A stretch of 64,000 nucleotides of DNA, from assembly GCF_003704095.1 (NCBI RefSeq), contig NW_020846942.1:1-64000 (forward strand). Direction: 5' to 3'. The stretch comes from Pocillopora damicornis. Lineage: Eukaryota. Below the pieces are notes generated by a model. That model had not been told where the DNA came from and did no database searches. It was given only the letters and a program-made list of their open reading frames with translations. Positions 23,501 to 42,512 of this stretch are shown here, piece after piece. The position numbers were made by a program, and so were the translations under genes. How positions within the stretch are numbered: the first letter of the stretch is position 1; each line of letters opens with the position of its first letter.

Positions 23501-26500
23501 AAGAGAAGCCAAAGATATGCTAAAACTACAACACCAAGTAATGGGTAAAATATGTTAAAAAAGAGTACATGCACTAACCAAAACTCTCCATCATTCTCAA
23601 AGACAATCCCAAGTTTTTCTCTATCACTTGATTTAAGCTTTTTCCACTCTTCAGAGCTAAAAAAATTATGAATTCAAAATGGATATCATAATTCTAATAC
23701 GGAAGCAATCCTTGCAGCTATGAACACTACTTAAGTACTTGTGAAAATAAGGCCAAAAAGAAATTAAGGCCTGTATGAGATTTGAACCCATGACCTCTGT
23801 GATACTGGTGCAGCACTCTACCACATGAGCTAACAAGCTAACTGGGAACTGGTCATTATGTTGATTCCAAATAAACCCTCAAAGTGGTGATTTTTTGTAA
23901 TAAATAACAATGGGAATAATATTTTTTTGAACCAGTATTAGTATAATATAATATAATATTAAAATAAGATAATTAATAGTAATAAATAATAATTAAATTA
24001 GGATAATTATCCTAGTTTTGAACAAGAATATTTGATAAGAATAACATAAAAATCATTATCGAAAAAAAATTAGTTTTCAGTTGTTATTACTCATCACTCC
24101 AAGGTCCATTCCACTCTTTTTGACCCCAAGGATTCCTCAGACGAATCATGTAAAGATGTTGTCGATTGAACAGACTAAAAAGACCCTCACCGATGGTGAT
24201 CTGAAATAAACAAGTATATTGTATGGCCAAGTGTGGGTTGCAATTTTATCTGTTATAGTTGTGTGTAAATCACTGCAAAGCTAAAAATTGCAGTATTTAT
24301 GAAAATTTCCTCTGAGTGGAGAATTAAACAAACCATATCAAATGAAGTTACTATCTTTAGAATATATACAATGTATGTCCTGCAGCCTACAATCTACATC
24401 TTTGTCACCATGCAGTTTGAGAATGTTGTTATTCTTTTCTTACTTTGCTTTTTAATTTATTTGTTTGTGGTTGATTTTCTGAATGCTGATGATCAAAAAA
24501 CATAACAGCAGGAGAGCAGTGCAGCAACAGACCACAGGGAACCTGATCCGTAAGATGCACTGATCACAGCTGTAGAATCCCATCCAATCACAACTGAGCC
24601 CAACAGCACATGGATTTGAACATTTATTTGTTCAACCTCATTGCCTGAAGAAGACTGGCAGTATTGAGTTGAAACATTGCAATCCACTGAGATCAGAAGT
24701 GACCACATCATGGGAGAAATGATTATATTTCTCTTTTGAAGTGTTATTTACCATCATGGTAAATAACACTTTAAAAGATGATGATGATGACCAACTATAA
24801 CCTATTACCATAAGTTAAAAAGTTGAAGTTACCTTCTTTACTGCTGTGACACCATATGCATGTCCCATAACTAAACCAGTCTCTGTGCGCTTTTCCATCT
24901 CGTCTCTATTTTTGATCTTGTAAAAAAAAAGGGATATGTCAAAATATCAAATTTTTGATGTGTTCATATGATAAACTTCTTTGCAAGGTGAATACTTGAC
25001 ACACCTCCAGTGTTTGCTATCTGTCAAGATAAGACTTAATTGACTATAAGGCAACCTGTACATCACAACTAAGTTCCACATTTTATTGATTAAGATTTTC
25101 TCACACTTGAATATATTTTCAAAAGGGAAACCAAAAGTAATTGCCATGCTCATTTTAATTCCTTTCATTTTCCAATCAAGTTTTTAGGTCCTTGTGAATC
25201 CAACTAGTATACATGTATAATGTGCAAGTACACACCCACTGTTTGTACAGCACTTACTCTTATTGAAGCACCAATCAGGGATTTATCTCGCATTGCTCTT
25301 TGCATACTTTTAAACAAGACCAGTCTCTTCTCCTGATCTTGACTGTAACCTCCATCCTTAAGGCTGATCGACTCACAGACTCCACCAGTGAAATCTACTA
25401 AGGCATCACCAGTATTACCTGCTTCTAATGCTTCATATGAACCTGCCATTCTTAAAAAAGAAAAAAAATTGTTACCCATTTCACTTTACAACTCCATTGG
25501 CGTATGGAGTATTACAGTCCACTATTTCTACATATCTTCCAAAAACTTTACTTACTTAGCATATGCTTTTTCCACCAGGGCACTCCAAAACTCATTCTTG
25601 TCTGTCGAGTGGATGTACACCAGTTTTCCAGCAATTGTTGGTAGAAGATCATCGATGACAACTTCAGTCCATTGACCTTGACGGAAGAACCGGAACCTAA
25701 AGATTCCTTGATAATTACCAACATTTTCAGGGTCCCACTCCTGATGCTTTATATCTGGAATCACCTGAACAGGTTAAAACAAATAACACAAAAAATTTTA
25801 AAATATCTGATCCGTGGTTGATAAGAGGGATAAATTGATCTTCACAGGTAACCTGCAGTTAAAGCTATATAGTAATTGAATGGAAAGAAATTAAGGCTTC
25901 ACAGGGCTCTTAACCTTCAGTCTTGACCTTTCACATGCAATCAACCTCCACAAGCAGTGCACTGTCATAACATTACCAAGATATACAGACCTTCTCTAAC
26001 AGAGATGGCTCCAAAGCCAATGAGGAACATGCTGCAACAAACCAACAATTCCCAAGTTTTCCTTGGGTGACATCATGGCTGCTCATTCCATCCACAAACA
26101 GCTGAGGTGGGTCAGGAGTACAGATGTCCTAAGGAAAATGCAGAAAACAGGATCCATCAGAGTTTACTCTTAATCTTTTTTAGTTTGACCTGTTATTGTT
26201 TTGAGCCTATATAAATGCAAAGGTCTAAAGGAACTTGTCTTTGTTGTGATTGTTTTATGGAGGAAGGGAAAGAAGCCTGAGAAAGTGCTAAAAGACTATG
26301 AAAAAATAGAGCCCCTAAAACATTGCCCTCCCCCTCACATGACTGACCACATGTACATGGAAAGTTCTGTTGTTCTATATTCACTGTATTTCAAAAACCA
26401 ATTAATGGTGGGACCAGTTAGAGGCAAATGCTTAAGGTTAGGCATTGTAACAACCTCTTAATTCAACCTTGGGATTGTTATTACCCATGTTCAATCACTG

Positions 26501-28220
26501 CAAAGGGTTACTCTTATTTAATCAAATTTTGTCAGTGTTTGCAAAGAGTAAGTTGGTTCAGCCCTCTTCCTGCCTTGCCAGGTAACCTATGACCACAACT
26601 TGGTTGACTTAGCTGAAAGAGTTTTATCTTCTTCTTCTTCTTCTTCTTTCTTTTTTAAGATCTTGTTCCAAAAGCTAACTAGTATTTGATCTGTCCCTCA
26701 GGTTTACCAAAGTTTTGTTAGCATATATGTTTCCTTTACTCATTTTGGCTGATTTAATAGTTCTTACTATCAAGTTTTGGTAGTTAGAAAGGCTGCCCAA
26801 GCAATCTTGAAGAAAGTCAAATGCTTTTATAGTCTGTCAAGGTTGAAATGAAAAGTATACAAACACTATTTTTCCCTGTATTTTATCATAATTTGTGGTA
26901 CTTCAACCCAGGGTTGTGTTGAAAGGTCTCAGTTCTCCCTAAAACATTTTGTTCCTCCCTCATCCATTATCTATTTCAACCACACTCTTCCCTCCCCTTT
27001 GCCCCTCCAGAATGTCTCTCAGTGATATGCGTGCACATCAGTAGCTATGAGGGGGGGAAGGGGGGGTGAGGAAGGAAGTGGACGGGCGTTCACATTCTGG
27101 TAAGTTCTACGGGTGTAATGAATTCAATTACAGTAGAATGCCCGCAAATAAATATCTTGCTTAAGTATAAAAAAAGGACATAGTTTTTGTTCATTTATAG
27201 CATAGTATTGCTTCACTATAACACTATAGGGAGCTAATTGATCATGGTGCAATATTTGTAAATGAATTGGACGCGAACCAACGTAACTGCGCCTAAGAAA
27301 AGCGCAATATACCATTTCAAGCCTGAACATTTCGGGGAACGATAAAACACTTATGACTTAGTTTTCATATTTATGAAAAGAAAAACCAAAAACTTCAATT
27401 TCTCTCTCGGCTCTGTGGTTTGAGGCAAAACTTATCAAGCACTGCGAAAGCAGATACTTCAAGTGACGATAACATAATAACGAGGCAATTAATTAACATA
27501 TGTTTATGTTTTCTAACCGTCTCGATCAATCCAGAAGTTCCATAAAACTATATAGCTACAATGCGTTGGTACATCGACAGGATACAAAAAAAGCGGAATA
27601 TCACTACGATTGCAAAATATCGCTGGAATGAAGCTAAAAAACAAATCAAAATCTATCGTTTTGAAAGTTCCACACGTCACGTATTATGTACGGGCACCAG
27701 AATTTTAAACAGCTCCTTACAAGAGCTTGGAGACACAACAATATTAAAGGATTAATGTATTAATTTAATGTCTAACGTTGGCTAACGTAAATAATTCAGC
27801 ACTTTTCCAATAATGTGGGTTCAAGAAGGTATTTTAAAAGGCAGAATAAACCAACTTTTCACCTACGCTCTCGTTAAGCAACACAATGTACAGCAAAACA
27901 TTTAAATGAATTCAATAGCCGATAAATGAGTTAGAAGTCTGTGTATTTTCCAACGCATATCGGATCACCGCCATGCTCGAGATGGAGACACAGCGTTAGT
28001 TAGTCTACATAACTCAAATAAAAGAAAGCCCTGCTGAAAATTAATGTTACAATACCTTGGGTCTCTTCCATTCTACGTGCTCGGGAGGTGTCGCTCGACT
28101 AAAGTACAATGATTTCGTCTCGGGCGGAAATTCAGGATCCACAAAAAGTCTTTCATCTCTTTCGCATTGTCCCTTAAGCTTGCTGTAACGTTGATTTTTG
28201 AAATAATGTAACTTCACCAT
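20576..28220 (-). CDS. CAPN5: Calpain-5-like protease, copy A. Exons 28056-28220, 25991-26128, 25556-25764, 25258-25450, 24833-24916, 24091-24200, 23579-23656, 23253-23433, 22694-22810, 21963-22159, 21739-21872, exon 12 from 21222 into the gap, 20576-20758
   Basis: Same intron positions and phases as copy B. Starts [16 protein letters not shown], has the [16 protein letters not shown] and RNPWG triad motifs, and ends with the C2 exon [14 protein letters not shown]...DLLAI*. Most of exon 12 is hidden by N. Confidence 0.93.
20892..21210. other. Assembly gap (319 N) covering most of calpain A exon 12
   Basis: Run of N. The exon start ttcag|cacctgatccat runs into it. Confidence 1.
22190..22545. 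repeat. Degenerate (AC/AGAC)-rich low-complexity tract in calpain A intron 9
   Basis: Recurring agacaaac, acagac and acacac units. Confidence 0.55.
23705..23890 (-). mobile_element. tRNA-derived SINE-like repeat, decayed
   Basis: The minus strand of ~23768-23843 reads tagctcatgtggtagag (A box) ... ggttcaaatc (B box), with a broken cloverleaf and no CpG left. Confidence 0.65.
24490..24700 (+). mobile_element. Penelope-like element terminal remnant with a hammerhead core, in calpain A intron 5
   Basis: ttgcCTGAAGAa-gact-ggcagtattg-agtt-GAAAcattgcaa at ~24641-24682. The upstream sequence resembles terminal repeats of coral Penelope-type elements as I remember them. Confidence 0.5.
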
Positions 28221-28514
28221 GTTTTCCTTTAGAGAGAACCTACGATATAGACTATGAACTTCGAGCGATCGGAAATTTGGACGAAAGCCTCGTAATCATT
28301 CGCGCGGAAATTGATTGAAATGCACACCTAGAAAATCTGCGACTCCATTGGTTGACTCGTTTAGAAATCTAAATTTATACCGGAAGTTGAGTCTTTTCGC
28401 TGTTTTTGTGGGCAGCGGGTTCTTCATGGCAACTGAATGTTTTGGGTGCCGCCATCTTCTTAAAATAGTCTCTACATATATTCGTTCGATCTTTCGAAAT
28501 TCAGTTATCTAGCG
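28221..28514. promoter_or_regulatory. Bidirectional promoter between CAPN5-A and ANKRD42
   Basis: The start codons are divergent and 294 bp apart, in CpG-rich DNA. Motifs: CCAAT on the minus strand (28347-28351), ETS ACCGGAAGT (28379-28387), X-box-like GTTCTTCATGGCAAC (28419-28433) and YY1 GCCGCCATCTT (28448-28458). Confidence 0.8.
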
Positions 28515-36980
<8,466 letters not shown>

Positions 36981-37106
36981 CTAACATCTCTTACATGACG
37001 AGACAAACTCTTAAGAGGCATAATCGCATATTTATAAGATCTGTGTATAATAATAATAATAATTTTTCTAGAAAAGAAGTCATACTAGTTAAAAGCAGAA
37101 CTGAAA

Positions 37107-37295
37107 AGAGGATTTCAATGGGGTTAAGTAGTAGCTAGTCGTAAAATGGCTAGAAAATTTAGCCGTTAGGTGTAAAACTTAACAAATTTTAACTGGAAGT
37201 CGTAACAGAAGGTGACCGCAAAAACTTTGACCTTTCTAGAAAGGATCATTTTGAGTTAGCCGTTAGCCGTTAGATGGCCAAATTTTAAACCCCAT
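37107..37295. repeat. Dispersed repeat with ttagccg/agtcgtaa subrepeats; related to 59641-59890
   Basis: Shares the tggg.tt.agtagtag...cg.aaaa terminus and the gccgttag/ctaacgg motifs with the reverse complement of 59641-59890. Confidence 0.5.
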
Positions 37296-38669
37296 TTAAA
37301 TCTTCTGATTAGTTCTGAAATCAAAGCTAACACAGTTTCAACTTGTCTGAAATTGGAGACCATGACTGCCCTGTGATACCGATGCCGCTTGAAGTTGTGT
37401 GGAGCTTCATTTTCACACTTTCTCACCATCTTTTCTTTTCCAATAATAAACACAACGCTCTCGACATTTCCAATCCAGGCAGTATACCGAAATTTCTTCA
37501 CATGCGTTGCTTGGACGTCGAACTTGGCCTGGCCCACCAGCGAGTTATTTGGTAGATCGTCGGACCACGATATGTGAAGTTCTGAGAATCACTTCCTCTT
37601 TGAGAACTTAGATCTTCCCCAGCCTCACGTTCATGAAATTGGAATAACATCTTTCTCTGCTTTTACAAGATTTGTTTCAGAGTAGACTGATCTGTCTTTA
37701 ATGTTTTAAATGATTTTTAGATTTATGAAACATATGATTTTCTTATATTCTCTTTACAACGATGACGATTGATCGATTATAGTAAATTTTAAATCTTTAT
37801 ATTACTGGTGATTGGCGCAGGTAAAATTACATGTACGTTCGCTTGCCAACTTGATCTGAAATTTGATCCACAGACATGTGCATTACATTAAGGCAATAAA
37901 TGTGTTCCTTTAAATTGAAGAACACGTTTTCCTTTTTTCTTTTCTTCAACAGCCCTCTGGTGGTCAACGTGTGGTTCGTTTCGCAATGCATGACAACTTG
38001 TTGACGACTTTTCGAGCTATTACGTTTCAAAACTCGTGCTCAATAACTTATTTTTATTCCGGCCTTACTCATGACATTTAAACATTTCATGGTCAAGACC
38101 AAAATTGATATAAAAAGAATTCGTTGTAAAACTAATCCAGTTGTGAATCATTGACGCAAGTCAGTGAACCAAAATATATATCTCAACCTTCGCCTCATTG
38201 TCGTTGAGGTTGGTGGCGTTTTATAATACTTGCTAGTCTAAAAGCACATTCCTCCATTTCCCTATTTTTCTTTGCCGATCCTCTCAAACTGACGGAACAA
38301 TATTTTACCAAACTATCAAACCGCTTATTGACCGACTGACCCATCAACCGAATGATCAGATAGACAGGCTACTACATGCGTTCATTTATTGAACAACAAC
38401 GCCTCACTAGGATTAGTGGAGAGGCGCGGAATAAAGTCGCTCGAGTACAATCGCAATGCTGACCGACGGGATGATTGCTAATTTCTTGCTCAAAAGCTGG
38501 TTAACTGACGAACGAAGTGACCCATTAGTTGTATTTTGTTAACCATTTGTGAACGGATTCATAAGTTTCCATAAAATTATTTTAAAGTAGTCACTAGAGC
38601 ATCAATATGATGATATAAAGGATGTGGTATTTAGAGGGTCAATAACGTTTTGTTTGTAGTTTTTAAACA

Positions 38670-39593
38670 TCAGACCACAACTCGCTCTGATGGGTCCACA
38701 TTTACATTTGTGCAACAGAGTTTTCTCACACAACTATCCATCTTGACGAAAGTCTCCACATGAAAGCCGCCATACTCTCGGCACCGACACGGCTGCCCCT
38801 CTTCAACCAACCGTTCTTCCTCTTCTTCATCTTCCAAACACGGGAGATACAACGGGGTCATGTCGTCTTCGTCATAGACCAGTTCTGCTCCGCATTCAAG
38901 GGCAGTCAAAAGGTTTGAGTTGATATCGCTTGAACAACGACCAGAAATCAACATACTTGTGGTTGCTTTATTCTTGGCTGTTTTGACGGGTGCTTTAGGA
39001 TAATTTACAATTGGTCGGCTCGTCACCTTCGAGGCAGATCCCATTCGGCGATTTCGGGAAGGACGAGAGACATTCTTGAGTTGCAGGCTTTCTGGGCTTG
39101 TCACGCCCGAATGATCAAATTTTACGGGTTTGGTTGTCTCATTAGCACTTTTTAATTCAGATTTTGAGTCGTCGTTGAGAGAAACGGGGTTTTCCTTGAC
39201 GGAGCATTCCTCCCTAGATTCCAAATTGAGCTTCACTGCTTGTTTGCCCTTTTTCTCTTTTTTGGTGGGTTTCTTATCCACATCGGGAGTTTTCAACAAG
39301 GAATCAATGTCGTAAACTTGACCCACTATTATTAAAGTATCTTTGAAGAATTCCCTTAATGAGGGTCTCCATTTAACGAGCTCTTCAATGTCTCGCAGTG
39401 CTTTAGCTTGTGATAACATCTGCTCTTTAGCCGTGCCGTACGAAGGACCGGAATGAAACACTTGGTTGCTAACTGAATACCAACCATTGCTTGTCAAAAA
39501 AGCTTCCACTGACCTCTTTTTGTAGCCAAAGGTTTGATCTCTACTTGGAAATTTCGCCTTATCAGTTGTGTACTTAAAAAACACAGCAGCCAT
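38670..39593 (-). CDS. Intronless 307-aa protein of unknown function: ~100-aa globular N-terminal domain (VapD/Cas2-like by eye), disordered Lys/Ser-rich linker, acidic and Cys/His-rich C-terminus
   Basis: A 924-bp open frame in AT-rich DNA with raised GC and start context gctATGG. The fold assignment is inference only. Confidence 0.75.
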   Translation of the reverse strand: MAAVFFKYTTDKAKFPSRDQTFGYKKRSVEAFLTSNGWYSVSNQVFHSGPSYGTAKEQMLSQAKALRDIEELVKWRPSLREFFKDTLIIVGQVYDIDSLLKTPDVDKKPTKKEKKGKQAVKLNLESREECSVKENPVSLNDDSKSELKSANETTKPVKFDHSGVTSPESLQLKNVSRPSRNRRMGSASKVTSRPIVNYPKAPVKTAKNKATTSMLISGRCSSDINSNLLTALECGAELVYDEDDMTPLYLPCLEDEEEEERLVEEGQPCRCREYGGFHVETFVKMDSCVRKLCCTNVNVDPSERVVV

Positions 39594-41189
39594 AGCTTGC
39601 TCCCAAAGTTACGCGATCAATCGCCAAACGTTTCTTGAATGAGTAGTCCTATCGAATTCCCACAAAAAAAAGAATGTTGTCGACACTTCAATATGCCCTG
39701 TAATGTTTGGCTTTTCAGTTTCGTAATTTCGTTGAAATTACTGGCAGGGTTAAGTTTTCCCACGCCTCTTTGCTTCAGTTCACAACATCTACACACTGTT
39801 GTAATCTACTGAAAACTTTCAAATTCACACACTCCTTTATTTTGTAACCTGCCCTTAACACTGAAGTTAAACAGCCAATTGGCTTTAAGTTACACAAGGG
39901 TGTAATTCATCTTTAACATAACTTACAGGTTTTCTTTTCAAAAGGAAATATGAGACAATTAAAACCATCCTATGTTAGTAGGCCACTTTGTTAATATATA
40001 ATAAGTTGAATTTATTCTCCACTGAAGCGGTGAAACTAGTACTCAAACAATGCATTATCAAGTTAATAGTTTCATTGCAGTCAACTGGGATGGTTTCTGT
40101 GCTCTAAAAACATTTTTTCGATAAATGATAGTCTTAGTTAATCTTTGAATGTTCCTCTGCTTCCTAATTCCCTATCACATAACACAAAAGAGGTGACTTT
40201 GAAGGGTGTGTACGTGTAGATCTAGTACCTGACGAACACACTTCTCAAAAAGGTTGTAAAGATTAAAGAAAATTTACTCCAGAACGTTTTCCCCGGCATG
40301 TGTTGTTGACACGTTTTCTTCTCGTCGCTAAAACTTTTGATAAGACAAATGCGGCTTATTCTCTGTTATAGACTAAATAAGTTCAAGATTACTCGATATT
40401 TGATGAGATTTCTTTCTTTTTGTCTCTAACACTGATCACCAGTCGTGGACAATTTCTCACCCAGAAATTTGTCGAAAATGTCGTTCCACTGAACCATTAG
40501 TGGGGTGAAAATTTTGCAACCGTACAATTTCATTTGACACAAGAAGTTACTAACCATACTTTAATGATAAAATTTACATCATATGGTTTCTCATTTCCAA
40601 ATTCGGTTTTGTGTCAACTGGTTGTTAATGCAGGTACATGAAGTTCCTGTACAGTTCCGATTCACGCAAACAATCCGCGCATCGAATTTGCGGGCTAAGT
40701 ATAAATTTGTTTTTTGGGAGCAATAACCGCTATCGTCAGAAATTGCCAACTTCCGTTTGGATGAAGAAACAAACAGTACGTATCTGTCAAAACTGCATGA
40801 AAAAAAAAATCCGTGGAATTGGTTGTCTGAGTCACAGCTATTTGTAATAACCGTTGGTAAGTCAATATTTGTCGAATGTAATTCTAGAGTGCCCCTTTTT
40901 CGCTTTACTCCGCTTTTTAATTGGTTCTGAAGCTCCTGCCACCTCAACCAAATAAGTTGCAAAGAGTGACACCGATTGTGACCTAGTCACTTGCAATTTC
41001 CCGCTCTTCAGGTTGTTTTGTTGTTTTGATTCTGACTTTTCATTTGCTCCTTACCATACTTCACTTCGCTCTGGTTGGCCGTTGTTACTACTTTTGTTGG
41101 GTTTTATGAGACTCATTTGAAAAATGCTCAACACATCCGAAGATACGATCTTCTTAAGTAAGGCAAACAGATAACCTCATACCACTGCT

Positions 41190-41766
41190 CATAATGGCTC
41201 AGCTAGTGCGACCTGCTTCTTCTTTTTTTTTTTTGACAGAGACATGCATGTAAATGAAACCTTATTTCCGGTATATTAAGCAAGCTCTTTACAGGTTTCG
41301 AATCACTCACTCTCATACTTCACACTGATGTACCGGTCAGTCGGAATCAGTACAGAGAAAACACGACAACTGAAGAATTCTTCCTCTTTCATCTGAAAGC
41401 CGATACTAGTAACCGCCAAGGTGCTGAGTTTGTCATTCACTCGTTTACCGTTATGGAACAAGTTGCAGATGTAAACGTAAACCTTCCAAAAGTTTCCCGT
41501 CATAGAAATTAGGTTGTTTCGTGCTCTCTAGATGATTTTGGGCCTAATCGTTTGTATAGTGTTTCTGTTTGTCACATTAACCTCGATGGAAAGGCGAATG
41601 GCGTCAGTTGAGAGCGAGCTGAAAGAAAATTCGAAAAAAGGTGCTGAGCACAATTTGCCCGAAAATGAGAAGAAAGGATCGCTCAGTTCAGCAAGATATA
41701 GGCGAAATGCTGATTTAAAGGCCAATTTTTCAGATCTTACCAAGAGACTTGAGCACTAGAGAGCAG
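41190..41766 (+). pseudogene. Disabled duplicate of the promoter and first exon of the downstream short-chain collagen gene
   Basis: Shares atgtaaa.gaaacct and tcgtttaccgt.ATGGA with 42340-42517. The ATG at 41453 meets TAG at 41510. The TM, coiled-coil and RYRR segment lies in another frame, and a 1-nt deletion precedes the retained gagagcag|gt donor. Confidence 0.8.
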
Positions 41767-42512
41767 GTATCGTGACTTAATGACGAGTGCAGATTGTGTG
41801 TTACCTGAATTTTACAGATTCATAGTTATAAATAAACATAGCTTCATTAAACTCATTTACTACTTGGGAGTGCTGCTTGTCATTTTGACAACAGCGATTG
41901 TACTTTCGTTATGAAAATTGTCCCTATAATTTATAATGTCATCATCTTTTAATGGAAAAAGAAAAGGTATAAATATTCATACATATTTTTAAATTTCAAC
42001 ATTTTTTAAAACGGGAGCATATATTGTATATTCACTAGTAAGCTAAACCAACACAAAAAGGACAAAAGAGAAAGATGATGACAAGTCATACTACACATAC
42101 AACTGCAATTAACTGTAGAGAAAGATGAAAACAGTAGCAAAAGACAGGCGAACTGTCTTTAAATCACGATATTTTAGGAACGGTGAATGACAAGCAACAT
42201 ATTTTAAAAAAACTAATGGCTTTGTTGAGGGACTCGACATTTTAGTTCAAAGTACGCACCAGCTTATCACAGATATCCCACGTGTGAAAATCTAAGACTC
42301 GCTGTACTTTGAGCTCAAGGAAGTGAACAAATGATCGATGTAAACGAAACCTACTTCCCCAAGTACTGAAGCATTTTTAAAGAATTAGGTTCGTCATCAC
42401 GTACACTAATCATTCACTCGAGCCGACTTTAAGTCAAACAAGTGGAGTAAGAATTCCTTTTATCAGAACTTTGGTACACTGCCGTGTTTTTGTCGCTCGC
42501 TCGTTTACCGTG

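Noticed and set aside
23768-23843. Functional tRNA gene
   Set aside because: A and B boxes are present, but the stems are broken and the unit is embedded in a longer repeat, so it is called a SINE.
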